Shown here piece by piece: positions 1 through 11,288 of a DNA stretch of 62,156 bases. Origin of the DNA: Minisyncoccota bacterium (GTDB taxonomy: Bacteria > Patescibacteriota > Minisyncoccia > Phycocordibacterales > UBA9973). The notes under the pieces were generated by a model. That model ran no database searches and was not told the origin of the DNA. It saw nothing but the letters and a program-made list of their open reading frames with translations. Location: contig DATDVS010000005.1 of assembly GCA_036517535.1 (NCBI GenBank), forward strand, positions 1-62,156. Reading direction: 5' to 3'. Position 1 is the first letter of the stretch, and each line of letters opens with the position of its first letter. The position numbers and the translations under genes were made by a program.

Positions 1-1
1 A

Positions 2-241
2 ACTTTTATCCCAAATGATTACTTTGATTTCGTACGGGAACTCGCATCCGGGCTAGTAGAGCAAGTGGAACTGCTCGATAAATATGAAAACGCCGAAAAA
101 TTCGGCGAGGGCAAAATAAGCTATGCTTATCGCATAACATACAGATCACTGGACAGAACGCTGACTTCAGAGGAAATAGACCAGGTGCACAAAAAATTGG
201 AAGGTGAAACCGCCAAAATATTTAAGGCCACCGTTCGCTAA
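2..241 (+). CDS. pheT: phenylalanine--tRNA ligase beta subunit, C-terminal fragment (gene starts upstream of the window)
   Basis: Frame open from window edge; own translation ...FVRELASGLVEQVELLDKYENAEKFGEGKISYAYRITYRSLDRTLTSEEIDQVHKKLEGETAKIFKATVR*, stop TAA 239-241; typical ferredoxin-fold anticodon-binding C-terminus of PheT. Confidence 0.7.
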   Translation, partial: TFIPNDYFDFVRELASGLVEQVELLDKYENAEKFGEGKISYAYRITYRSLDRTLTSEEIDQVHKKLEGETAKIFKATVR

Positions 242-3171
242 ACCCAAAGAACTTTCGCCAGTTCACAATATTCACACACGGCACCGGCTTTGCCGTAGGA
301 ATTGAAATGGCACTCCCTATTTATCCATTCGCCTGACTTTACTAAATTATCATAATCTGCAATATCTTGCACTAGTAAATCAATATCTTCTGTTGTAATC
401 ACCCGATCATAAAAAGTTTCTTTTGGGTTCTTGGTTTCCAGGAATTCAAGTCTGCTCTCGCGCGCGTCGGTGGCCCACTTCGGATTATTGCGAAGTAGAT
501 ATGAATACATAGCTAGCTGCCTTAAATTCCCGCTCATGCGGCCTTCATCATCCAGCTTTTCTATATCAGACTTTTTCCTTAGACTCCCGGTTTTAAAATC
601 AGTAACCCGGACTTCTTTTTTGTCTAAATTCTCAATCAAGTCAATTTTGCCGTAAATTTTCAGGTGCGGAAAACGCTTGTCGGTGGCGGAGATTGATTCC
701 TCGGTTTTGCGCGCGAGCTTTATTTCCGGCAGCCTATTCTTTACCCATGCCTGGAGTACATTTTCTATTTCTCTGCCCGCCCTGGCGCGAGCCTTGTCAT
801 CCCCTCTGCCTCTGGCAACCACTTCCCTTATTAGCTCCCCCAATTCCGTGTCGCTCGGGGCTTTTGGCATCTTTAGGATCTGGTCCACCACCGCATGCAT
901 GGCAATACCGAATTCCAAACTCTCCGCCGGTGGCGTCGGTAATTGAAGTAAATTCTGAAAATACCACTTCCAGGCACACTCAAAGAAATTATTCAGGAGC
1001 GAAGCCGAAACATATCGCTCGGCATATTTGGCTCTCGTTAGTTTTTTTAATTCGGGCAAAGTATTTAATTTGGCTTTCCCGCCTGCATCGCTATGCGAAG
1101 CATCGCGGGCAGGTTGTTTAACGAATACCTCCTCCGGCAATTCCGTTATCACTCGAGCCAGGGCTTGCTCGAACTCCCGGTGAGAATAGGTAGCATACGA
1201 GAGCGTGCAGAACCTCTTGGCGCGAGTTATAGCTACATATAGTTTACGCTTGATGGCATCCACATCCCGTTCTTCTACCCGGCCAGCAATACTCTCCGGC
1301 AGGGCGAATCCTCCGCGCCGGCCCCCCGAGAGCGACCACTCATCCATATGCGCGATCCATACATAATCAAACTCTCGCCCCTTAGACGAGTGCATGGTGA
1401 GCACTTTTACTCCCCCCTTCTCGCCCACGATTATGGGCACTTCGTCACCATAGGTTTCTAGCCGCTCTAGATAAGTAGCAAATTGTGGAAGTGTAAGTTG
1501 GGAATTCTTTTCTATTTGTTTGGTAAGTAAATCTAGTATCGTATCCGTAATTTCTTTACCTGAGACTAGCTCTTGCTCGCTTGGAGCGGCAAAAAGTTCC
1601 TCGCCGATAGTTTTAATTAAAGAAGGCAAATCACTTTTCTCTTTATCTTTTAGCCATTTAGATATTTTATTTTTCCAAGATTCCACGCTATTCGTAAACA
1701 GCGAGGGAGCGCTCTCTTGCAGAAAAGATGTCAGGGAAAATTCCCGCATATTCCGCCCCGCGAAAAACGCATGGGCCTCTAGCGGAGGAATACCGGAATA
1801 TTTGTCCAGAATTGAAAGCGCCAGAGCATTCGTGTCTCCCGTACTCAATATTTTTAAAATGTGTAAAAAGGCCTGCGTTTCTTCCTGATCAAAAAGGTTT
1901 AGGCCCTCGCCGGAAGACACCGGCAAGCCTTCGTGATGTAATATTCCGAGCGCCTGCCGCGCCTGCACATTCTTTGGCACCAGGACGGCACAGTCATCAA
2001 TTTTCAATTTTCCATTTTCAATTTTCAATTTAATATCGGCGGCGCAGGCAATGATTTCCGCCTCCGGATTGCCGGCTTCTATTAGGCGTATAGGGTGGCT
2101 GTCTTTCGACTGGCTTATCAGCTTTTTGTCCGACATTACGCTTTGAAGTAGCGCGTGCGCAGCATCCAGGATGACTTGGGTGGAGCGGTAATTGTTGACC
2201 AGAGTTATGAGCTTGGCGCCAGGAAAAGATTTCTTAAAGCCAGCAAAGTGCTCGATGGATGCGCCGGAAAAGCCGTAAATGAGCTGGCGATCATCTCCCA
2301 CCACGAAAATATCCGGACTCTCGAGCGGACCCCACACACTTTTCAAAAATTCATTCTGCACCCGGCTGGAGTCCTGATGCTCGTCTACCAGGACGTAGAG
2401 ATACGCCTCGCGGATGTCTGCCGCGGCATCTTCTGACACCTCGACTATTTTTACCAGGCTAGTGAGCACATCATCATAATCTAGAACATTTTTTTCTTTC
2501 TTCACCTCTCCATACACCTCCATAAATTTAGCCACTTCGCGGGTCCGTTCCAAGCTACCGAGCTTGGTCATAACTTCTTTTTTTAATTTGCCTTTGCTCT
2601 CCCCGCGGGTGGACATGCTCTCTTCGCTCTCAGTCAGGGATTTAATTTCACTTTCAACTTCCGACAGGAAATCTTCCTTGCCTATTTGTTCACGCGCGAG
2701 TAAAGACATCAGCGTCCTTAGGTCTTTATAATATCGGGTGGCCTCCCCGCGAGGTCGCAAGTACTTCCAGTCATTGCCTTCTAATATTTCATGGAAGAAT
2801 ACGGCAACATCGGTCTCCTCCAGCAGCTTCGGCACAGAGGGCATACCAAGTACAGAAAAATATTTTTCAATTATTTTCATGCCGAAGCTGTGAAAGGTGG
2901 AGACATTTACCTTTTCCCCCGCCTCCCCGATATAACGCACCAGCCTTTTAGTCATTTCCCCGACTGCGGATTTAGTGAAGGTCAGGCACAGAACTCCGTC
3001 CGGCTTTATGTCTGTCTTGGTAAGGATGTTGGCTATGCGCAGAGCGAGCACCTGGGTCTTGCCCGTTCCCGGGCCCGCCACCACCATGACTGGCCCGGAG
3101 AGAGTGTCCACCGCATCCTTTTGTTCCTTGTTTAATTTTTTATATTCGGTTTCAAAAAGCGCACTTTTCAT
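238..3171 (-). CDS. UvrD/PcrA-family SF1 helicase fused to a C-terminal PD-(D/E)XK (AddB/Cas4-like, 4-Cys) nuclease
   Basis: 977-aa ORF; AGPGTGKT Walker A, VDEHQD, VGDDRQLIYGF, TMHSSKGREFD, YVAITRAK; C-terminus GKIDLIE...VTDFKTG plus Cys in FFEC and C-x11-C-x2-C. Confidence 0.85.
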   Translation of the reverse strand: MKSALFETEYKKLNKEQKDAVDTLSGPVMVVAGPGTGKTQVLALRIANILTKTDIKPDGVLCLTFTKSAVGEMTKRLVRYIGEAGEKVNVSTFHSFGMKIIEKYFSVLGMPSVPKLLEETDVAVFFHEILEGNDWKYLRPRGEATRYYKDLRTLMSLLAREQIGKEDFLSEVESEIKSLTESEESMSTRGESKGKLKKEVMTKLGSLERTREVAKFMEVYGEVKKEKNVLDYDDVLTSLVKIVEVSEDAAADIREAYLYVLVDEHQDSSRVQNEFLKSVWGPLESPDIFVVGDDRQLIYGFSGASIEHFAGFKKSFPGAKLITLVNNYRSTQVILDAAHALLQSVMSDKKLISQSKDSHPIRLIEAGNPEAEIIACAADIKLKIENGKLKIDDCAVLVPKNVQARQALGILHHEGLPVSSGEGLNLFDQEETQAFLHILKILSTGDTNALALSILDKYSGIPPLEAHAFFAGRNMREFSLTSFLQESAPSLFTNSVESWKNKISKWLKDKEKSDLPSLIKTIGEELFAAPSEQELVSGKEITDTILDLLTKQIEKNSQLTLPQFATYLERLETYGDEVPIIVGEKGGVKVLTMHSSKGREFDYVWIAHMDEWSLSGGRRGGFALPESIAGRVEERDVDAIKRKLYVAITRAKRFCTLSYATYSHREFEQALARVITELPEEVFVKQPARDASHSDAGGKAKLNTLPELKKLTRAKYAERYVSASLLNNFFECAWKWYFQNLLQLPTPPAESLEFGIAMHAVVDQILKMPKAPSDTELGELIREVVARGRGDDKARARAGREIENVLQAWVKNRLPEIKLARKTEESISATDKRFPHLKIYGKIDLIENLDKKEVRVTDFKTGSLRKKSDIEKLDDEGRMSGNLRQLAMYSYLLRNNPKWATDARESRLEFLETKNPKETFYDRVITTEDIDLLVQDIADYDNLVKSGEWINRECHFNSYGKAGAVCEYCELAKVLWV

Positions 3172-3179
3172 TTTTTTCT

Positions 3180-4100
3180 TTATATTTTATCTTTACCCAA
3201 AACGATCTTCGATTTGAAGAAAAAGAAGCCAATTATGATAAACGTAGCTAGGGGCGAGAGGTATTCCGGAACACGGAACCCGAAGCTGTGCAGGATCATG
3301 ATGACCCCGAGCACGAATATGGAATACATCGCACCGTGCTTGAGGTACACATATTTTTTTATATTCTCAATGTTGCGGATAGTGAGCTCCCGCACCACGA
3401 CTGCGCCGAGCCCGTTGCCGAGGAGTATGAGCGGCACGGACAAAGTGAAGGCAAAAGAGCCAAGGACTCCGTCGATCGAAAATGTGCTGTCGATGATTTC
3501 GAGAAAAAAAAGCTTGGAGAGATCCGAACGTGCGCTACCAAGTAATTTTTTCTCCTGTTCCTCAGCATTTTGCTTGAAGCCATGGGTAATGAAAAATAAA
3601 GTTGAACCCACCACCGCGCCGAAGCCCATCAGATTGCTTTGCTTGAGAGCAAACCAAGAGATAATTGTAAGAATAACGGATACCACGGCGTAAAACCAAA
3701 TGCCCTTGGACATGAAAAACCTTTCCGCGCGCGGCAGGCCGAGCCTCTTGTCCTCCAGGAATAACCAGTGCAGGAATAAAAACAAAAGAAAAACCCCGCC
3801 GGCCACCAGGAGGATCGGGGCGGATTTCCCTATCGATTCGGCCACCACCGGATCACTCGACCATGCCGCCGAAAGGACTTGCATAGGCGTGAGCGAAGTG
3901 TTGAAGGCCCAGACGATGAGAAACGGCAGTAGCCCCCGAACCAAGAACACGGAGAAGAACATCCCCCAGGTCAAAAACCATCTTTTAGCCCTAGCGCCCA
4001 TGCCGGAGAGCACCTCTGCATTGATGATGGCGTTGTCTACCGAGGAAATAGCCTCAAAAAGCGAGAGGCCCAGTATTGTAATTATGGCTCCAAATAACAT
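3180..4100 (-). CDS. integral membrane protein, DUF475/TerC-like
   Basis: 306-aa multi-TM ORF with N-terminal ...EAISSVDNAIINAEVL motif typical of the TerC/DUF475 group. Confidence 0.55.
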   Translation of the reverse strand: MLFGAIITILGLSLFEAISSVDNAIINAEVLSGMGARAKRWFLTWGMFFSVFLVRGLLPFLIVWAFNTSLTPMQVLSAAWSSDPVVAESIGKSAPILLVAGGVFLLFLFLHWLFLEDKRLGLPRAERFFMSKGIWFYAVVSVILTIISWFALKQSNLMGFGAVVGSTLFFITHGFKQNAEEQEKKLLGSARSDLSKLFFLEIIDSTFSIDGVLGSFAFTLSVPLILLGNGLGAVVVRELTIRNIENIKKYVYLKHGAMYSIFVLGVIMILHSFGFRVPEYLSPLATFIIIGFFFFKSKIVLGKDKI

Positions 4101-4181
4101 CTCTATATTTTACTCCACCCGGCGGAACTTGCCTATTATACGTAGGCGTTATGCATAGGTCTGTGGGAACTATATTTTTTA

Positions 4182-4595
4182 TTACCGCCACAATACGAGA
4201 ATAGCGGTCATGAGGACCATCGCAACCAATTGCTCAACGGCATTTAGGATAAAAAGCTGGAGAGGCTTGCCCTCCCAGAGGTAGCCGCTTAAAGCTCCGG
4301 TCGCCAAAAATCCAAGCCAAACCCAGAAGGCAAGCTCGAAAGCGGCGCCGAAGTTGATCGCGCCCCAGACGAACGCGAAAAGAGCCAGAACATAGGCCAT
4401 GACGAGAGAGGCCGCAAAACCAAGCACCATTGCCCTGGTAGGAGTCATCTTCATACTCTTCATTGATTCGTCTGTGAAGCCCATCAGGCTCTTCCACATC
4501 TTGCCAAAGACAGGCCCATACCAAAGGTACCCTACAACCATATTGGCTACCGCTGCCACTATAGCGGCCCACCAATTTATCGAGATATCAACCAT
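4182..4595 (-). CDS. DUF1761-like small membrane protein
   Basis: 137 aa, 4 TM; N-terminus INWWAAIVAAVANMVVGYLWYGPVFGKMW resembles DUF1761 family. Confidence 0.55.
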   Translation of the reverse strand: MVDISINWWAAIVAAVANMVVGYLWYGPVFGKMWKSLMGFTDESMKSMKMTPTRAMVLGFAASLVMAYVLALFAFVWGAINFGAAFELAFWVWLGFLATGALSGYLWEGKPLQLFILNAVEQLVAMVLMTAILVLWR

Positions 4596-4660
4596 AGTCT
4601 TATAAAGAATTAATAATTATAATTGATTAATTATAGCATAAATAGTAGATTAGATAATAC

Positions 4661-4748
4661 GGAACCGTCGCATAGCGGTCTAGTGCGCTCGCTTGGAAAG
4701 CGAGTAGGCTGAAAGGTCTCGCGAGTTCGAATCTCGCCGGTTCCGCCA
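4661..4748 (+). tRNA. tRNA-Ser (anticodon GGA), CCA encoded
   Basis: Hand fold: acceptor GGAACCG/CGGTTCC, D arm GCAT/GTGC, anticodon stem CTCGC/GCGAG with loop TTGGAAA, long variable arm, T arm GCGAG-TTCGAAT-CTCGC, discriminator G, CCA. Confidence 0.9.
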
Positions 4749-4752
4749 AGTT
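4720..4752 (+). repeat. 33-nt direct repeat, copy 1 (T arm to 4 nt past the CCA of tRNA-Ser); att-like
   Basis: CGCGAGTTCGAATCTCGCCGGTTCCGCCAAGTT, identical to 5251-5283. Confidence 0.9.
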
Positions 4753-4762
4753 AGGAAAATTT

Positions 4763-5245
4763 ATGAACGAACATTTTACAAATAAACCTCAAGAGCAGTC
4801 AGGTCCGCAGAGATTAGTACGTCCGAAAGGGGGATGGGGACATCTAGATAAATTCGGCAGAATTCCGTACTTAATAAATGTCAGACTTAATTTGGATGAA
4901 TTCGTTGACGCTGGTTGGGATGATTATGTTAGGAGGACAGATTTCTTAACTAAAGATTTAAGTAAAAAACATCCTGCGTCTTTCACGTTAAAGAATCTTA
5001 CTGAGAAAGAAGGGCATTATTTAGAGATAGTCATGCATTGGAATATTCCAAAAGAATTTGAGGAGGTCGTTTTATTTCATGAATTGAGAGAGGCTGAGAT
5101 GTTATACGGCGATAATGTAAAATGGGAAGAATCGCATCAATTAGCGGAAAAGGAAACTACAGAATATGCTCAAAGATATCTTAACGCAGAACAGTTCGAA
5201 AGATATAAAAAATGGATAGAAAGTCTGAAGGAAGAAGTGAAGTAA
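4763..5245 (+). CDS. hypothetical protein (orphan cargo between tRNA 3'-end repeats)
   Basis: 160-aa ORF filling the space between the two 33-nt repeats; visibly more A+T-rich than neighbours; contains FHELREAE; no family recognised. Confidence 0.5.
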   Translation: MNEHFTNKPQEQSGPQRLVRPKGGWGHLDKFGRIPYLINVRLNLDEFVDAGWDDYVRRTDFLTKDLSKKHPASFTLKNLTEKEGHYLEIVMHWNIPKEFEEVVLFHELREAEMLYGDNVKWEESHQLAEKETTEYAQRYLNAEQFERYKKWIESLKEEVK

Positions 5246-5250
5246 TCCGC

Positions 5251-5283
5251 CGCGAGTTCGAATCTCGCCGGTTCCGCCAAGTT
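5251..5283 (+). repeat. 33-nt direct repeat, copy 2 (orphan duplicate of tRNA-Ser 3' end)
   Basis: Identical to 4720-4752; not attached to a tRNA body. Confidence 0.9.
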
Positions 5284-5312
5284 TTACATTCAGCGAAGAG
5301 GAAAGCTTCTCG

Positions 5313-5321
5313 TGTTATAAT
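5313..5321 (+). promoter_or_regulatory. extended -10 box TGTTATAAT, 6 nt before ATG 5328 (leaderless-type start)
   Basis: cgTGTTATAATgaatcaATG read directly. Confidence 0.55.
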
Positions 5322-5327
5322 GAATCA

Positions 5328-5789
5328 ATGAGCAAAGAACTGCGGGAAAAAATAATTGCTTTCCTGGGTATTCAAAAGGACAAGATCGGGGTGATAAGCA
5401 CGGTCAGCCCGGAAAACAAGCCGGAGTCGGCTTTTGTGTACTACACATTTGATCTGGAGCTCAACATTTATTTCGCCTGCAAAGACAGCAGCCGCAAGTA
5501 CAAAAATATTCTGGAAAATAAGGATGTCGCTTTCACCATCGCAGCCGGCGACCCGCCTCAGACGCTGCAGCTCGAAGGGAGGGCCAGTGTGGAGAGTAGC
5601 ATCGGGGCCCAAAAGCGCCTTTTTGAAGAGCTGGTAGCCCTCGCCTCAAGCAAAAGCTTTGCCGCTCCAATTACCCAAATGCCCGCCGGAGGATTGCAGT
5701 TCGTAAAGATCTCCCCCGCCTGGATACGATTTGGAAACTTTGAGGTCAGGAAGCACGGAGATACTTTTCAAGAAATCAATCTAGGGTAG
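5328..5789 (+). CDS. pyridoxamine 5'-phosphate oxidase-like FMN-binding split-barrel protein
   Basis: 153 aa; layout and sequence (VISTVSPENKPESAFVYY...YFACKDSSRKYKNILENKDVAFTI...LQLEGRA) typical of PNPOx-like family. Confidence 0.65.
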   Translation: MSKELREKIIAFLGIQKDKIGVISTVSPENKPESAFVYYTFDLELNIYFACKDSSRKYKNILENKDVAFTIAAGDPPQTLQLEGRASVESSIGAQKRLFEELVALASSKSFAAPITQMPAGGLQFVKISPAWIRFGNFEVRKHGDTFQEINLG

Positions 5790-5798
5790 AGTGAAAAA

Positions 5799-6188
5799 TC
5801 AGTCTTCTTTCATGAACGCGCCTCGGACGCTCTTGGTGGAGAGGTAGGCGGAAAAGAAAAACAGTATGGATAAAAATTGATTTGTCCAGAAGAACCATAC
5901 GTGCCGGGGTTCGCTCGGCGGAAGGTTCAGGTAGGCATGCACGGCGGAATATTCAAAGAAAGGAAAAGCGACGACAGAGATCATCGCGCCCAAAATTATC
6001 ACCCATTTCCAGCGGGGATTCATCAGCCCGCCAAACACCGCCAGGACGATACATCCGGTCAAGGCGAGCCACATCGGAGCGCTGATGAAAGACTTGAAAA
6101 AGGGATAGGTTGTCGCCATTATTACTCCGGCAATGAAAAATATTATCCGGGTTACGTCTCCATAATAATGTTTCGCGTTGCTGTCCAT
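5799..6188 (-). CDS. hypothetical membrane protein (4 TM)
   Basis: 129-aa hydrophobic ORF, no recognisable family. Confidence 0.45.
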   Translation of the reverse strand: MDSNAKHYYGDVTRIIFFIAGVIMATTYPFFKSFISAPMWLALTGCIVLAVFGGLMNPRWKWVIILGAMISVVAFPFFEYSAVHAYLNLPPSEPRHVWFFWTNQFLSILFFFSAYLSTKSVRGAFMKED

Positions 6189-6198
6189 ATTTTTTAAA

Positions 6199-6639
6199 TT
6201 AACTGGTAAAAGAAAGTTCGCGCCCCTTGCTTTTGATCGCCAGAAGTGCCAGGACTAGGGCATAGACGATGTGCTCGTCGATGATGGGGTTGTTCGCCGG
6301 GAAAAGGAGCGCGAGCCACATGGACACCATCAAAATAATTCCGACAAGCGCTCCCCAGAAAACATATTTATTGAAAAGGAGGGTCAAGCCGATAAATAGG
6401 AGCGCCGCCATGAAAAGCCAGTCAACTGCACCTACTCCGGCTAGGGAGTGAAATAATCCGGCGAAAGGTCCCTGCACCCCTAGAGAGAGGAATCCTGTGG
6501 TCGGCGAGCCGCCGGCAAGCCAGGCCTTCTCGGAGGTGGTCGCAAAACCAAGCCCGAATAATTTATCGGCAAACGCCCAGAGGAAAATGAACGACATTAC
6601 AAAACGGAGTTTTAATAGCACAATTTTTTGCATATTCAT
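6199..6639 (-). CDS. DoxX-like membrane protein
   Basis: 146 aa, 4 TM, N-terminal LRFVMSFIFLWAFADKLFGLGF resembles DoxX/DoxD family. Confidence 0.4.
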   Translation of the reverse strand: MNMQKIVLLKLRFVMSFIFLWAFADKLFGLGFATTSEKAWLAGGSPTTGFLSLGVQGPFAGLFHSLAGVGAVDWLFMAALLFIGLTLLFNKYVFWGALVGIILMVSMWLALLFPANNPIIDEHIVYALVLALLAIKSKGRELSFTS

Positions 6640-6672
6640 GCCTACATTATACCACGGAAAATAGAAAGAGGG

Positions 6673-7422
6673 CTACTCCAGGAACACCAGGGCCACCATG
6701 GCCAGGACTCCGAGGATGACCGCAGCCACCTGGAGAATAGCATGACGGCTTTCTTTCGCCTTATGGAGCTCCGGGATGAGGTCCGCCACGGCTATATAAA
6801 TGAACCCTCCGGCGGCAAGGGGCAGTATCCACACCGATATGGCCTCGCCCGCCCCGCCCAAAATCATAGCGGCGACGGCCCCCAATACGGCGAAAAGTGC
6901 GGAAATGAAGTTGAGCCACAGTGCGCGTTTTTTCGTATAACCCGCGTGGATCAAGACCGCGAAGTCGCCTATCTCCTGCGGTATTTCGTGTAAGATCACG
7001 GCCAGCGTCGTAGCGACGCCCAAGGGCACACTGGCCAGGAAGCTCACACCGACTATCAATCCGTCAATTAAATTATGCACTCCATCAGAGATCAGCACGA
7101 GCCTGCCGGCCGGGTGGATATGATGTTCATCATGATCGTCTCCATGGTGATGCCAGTGCATGAATTTTTCCAAAACAAAGAAGATTAAAATGCCACCTAT
7201 GATCAGGTTGCTTGTCAGAAGCGAGCCAAGCGAGCCCTCGAAAGCTTCGGGAATAAGGTGGATGAATGCATCGCCCAGAAGCGCCCCCACTGCGATGCTC
7301 ACAAAGATAAAAATATATTTCTTTAAAAATTGTTCTTGAATAGAAAGGAGCAACACTCCCACCAGAGAAACCAGACTGACCAATATGACACTCGCAAAGA
7401 TATAAATAGATATCAAAGTCAT
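6673..7422 (-). CDS. ZIP-family divalent metal (zinc) transporter
   Basis: 249 aa; His-rich loop HWHHHGDDHDEHHIH, HNLIDGL and HEIPQEIGDFAVL motifs. Confidence 0.85.
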   Translation of the reverse strand: MTLISIYIFASVILVSLVSLVGVLLLSIQEQFLKKYIFIFVSIAVGALLGDAFIHLIPEAFEGSLGSLLTSNLIIGGILIFFVLEKFMHWHHHGDDHDEHHIHPAGRLVLISDGVHNLIDGLIVGVSFLASVPLGVATTLAVILHEIPQEIGDFAVLIHAGYTKKRALWLNFISALFAVLGAVAAMILGGAGEAISVWILPLAAGGFIYIAVADLIPELHKAKESRHAILQVAAVILGVLAMVALVFLE

Positions 7423-7434
7423 TGTAAAGTTATA

Positions 7435-9521
<2,087 letters not shown>

Positions 9522-9534
9522 GAAAAGGCGCTGA

Positions 9535-10032
9535 TTAATAAGTGGTCTGGATTTCTCGCTCTACGCGGTTGGCGTTCGACGAATTACACGAGGCATTGCC
9601 GATGTTGTATCCTTTGGAGACTATGGTGGTGGTGCCCGCTCCCAAATTCTTTACCACCGACACGGTCACGCAGGACTGTCCGCTCGAACCGAGTCCATAG
9701 ACGACGAAGCTCCAGGACGGCGAGGCGCCGGAGAGGGTTATTGCCGAACCGGCGCAATTCATCGAGGCGGTACCAACAAAAGCATTTTCCGTAGCGTCCG
9801 ATCGGTCATGGCGCAGCGCGCATTCTATGCCCGTATCAGCCGCAAAAAAAGCGTCGTTGGTATCTTTGGCCGAAGTACTGAAATTGACCTGCTTTAGCGC
9901 GATGTTGGCCACTCCGATCGAGATCGCCAAGAGGATGCTCGAGAGTATTACCGAGAAAAGCAATGCAAACCCTGCAGAGCCTTCGGCTCTTGATATTTCA
10001 ATATTTAAATATTTAAATATTTTTTTCTTCAT
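9535..10032 (-). CDS. PilX-like minor pseudopilin (start moved to MKKKIFKYLNIEI...)
   Basis: Hydrophobic N-terminal segment GFALLFSVILSSILLAISIG after basic leader; last gene of the pilin operon; upstream part of the 199-aa ORF overlaps the preceding gene. Confidence 0.55.
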   Translation of the reverse strand: MKKKIFKYLNIEISRAEGSAGFALLFSVILSSILLAISIGVANIALKQVNFSTSAKDTNDAFFAADTGIECALRHDRSDATENAFVGTASMNCAGSAITLSGASPSWSFVVYGLGSSGQSCVTVSVVKNLGAGTTTIVSKGYNIGNASCNSSNANRVEREIQTTY

Positions 10033-10033
10033 T

Positions 10034-10624
10034 TTATTCCGCCCAATTAAATACACTTTCTGAAAAAGTAATGCTAAACGAACTCGAGGCGGTAGACCAG
10101 GAAACGGTCGAGAAAACTTTCGTTTCATCCGCACTTATCGAGGTTATCTTGATCTTTCTGACGTAAGTAGTGGACACGCCGGAAGCATAGCCGTATTTAA
10201 TGGTCGAGCTGTCATAGCGAAGGGCGGGACAGCTTGATCCGCAAGCGGCCATGGTGATCGCCGTCATCGGCTGAGCATTGCTTCCGAAATTCAAGCCCTG
10301 GTCGTCAAAGTAGCAGCCGTTGGAGAGCTGGCAGGATGCGCCGGTAAGCTTGGACATAAACTGACTCCAGCCATTTTGCGCGCCCGAACCGTCGTAGAGG
10401 ACATAAGTGTCCCGTAAATTCCTGACATATTCGATGCCTTCCTGGGCCAAATAAGAAGAGACCATTTTCTGCTTGGCGTAATTGGTGTTCGAGATGCCCC
10501 CCCCGAGCACTACCATCAGGTTAACGACCGAAACGGAAAATATGGATACGGCAACCAGCGTCTCCACCAGAGTGAAACCTCCATTTATCCGCCTAAATTT
10601 TTTTATTTTATATCTTTTAATCAT
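10034..10624 (-). CDS. prepilin-type N-terminal cleavage/methylation domain protein (minor pseudopilin)
   Basis: MIKRYKIKKFRRINGG|FTLVETLVAVSIFSV. Confidence 0.7.
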   Translation of the reverse strand: MIKRYKIKKFRRINGGFTLVETLVAVSIFSVSVVNLMVVLGGGISNTNYAKQKMVSSYLAQEGIEYVRNLRDTYVLYDGSGAQNGWSQFMSKLTGASCQLSNGCYFDDQGLNFGSNAQPMTAITMAACGSSCPALRYDSSTIKYGYASGVSTTYVRKIKITSISADETKVFSTVSWSTASSSFSITFSESVFNWAE

Positions 10625-10655
10625 TGCGTTTTGTTATGGGAAAAATTTTGGTGGA

Positions 10656-11288
10656 TTAAATATCTATGGTCCTCTGCGACGCTGAAGTCTGAAGCGAAAA
10701 AGGCGTAGTGACATTTTTATAAGTTATGGTTCCCACCAGCTTGATTATCACAAACGGCTGCTGGAGGTTGCCTCCCGGCGCCTCCGCCCCCAACACGGAA
10801 AATCCGGATACGGAATTGATTGCGACCTCCGGAGGATTGAGCTGGACGAAACTCTGCGCGCCGTCCACGGATTTGAGGACATTGTAGGTCGCGCCTCCGT
10901 CGTTCGACTCGATCTTGTAGACCCACTGGTCGGTGCCTACCGTATTGTTGCCGAAAGCGTATTCGAAGGCGATAGCGCCACCGGAAGCACAGCTCCGCGG
11001 AGCCACGATCGTACCCATCGCGAAATTCCCGTCATTGATGCAATGATAATCATATCCCGTCCTTAAGTTCCTGGACATATCCTCCAAAATGAAGCTTAGG
11101 TTGTCCATGAGCGATGCCATGTCCTGCGATTTTTGGTGGAGCAGGTTGGCGTTTAGGAGCGCCCCCATGCCGGCGGTGATAATGATGAGGAAAAGCGAAA
11201 TGGCTATCATCGTCTCGAGGATCGTGTAGCCATCCTGCTTCGCAGGGCATATTTCAATATTTAAATATTTAAATATCTTTTTTTTCAT
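10656..11288 (-). CDS. prepilin-type minor pseudopilin
   Basis: MKKKIFKYLNIEICPAKQDG|YTILETMIAISLFLII. Confidence 0.65.
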   Translation of the reverse strand: MKKKIFKYLNIEICPAKQDGYTILETMIAISLFLIIITAGMGALLNANLLHQKSQDMASLMDNLSFILEDMSRNLRTGYDYHCINDGNFAMGTIVAPRSCASGGAIAFEYAFGNNTVGTDQWVYKIESNDGGATYNVLKSVDGAQSFVQLNPPEVAINSVSGFSVLGAEAPGGNLQQPFVIIKLVGTITYKNVTTPFSLQTSASQRTIDI

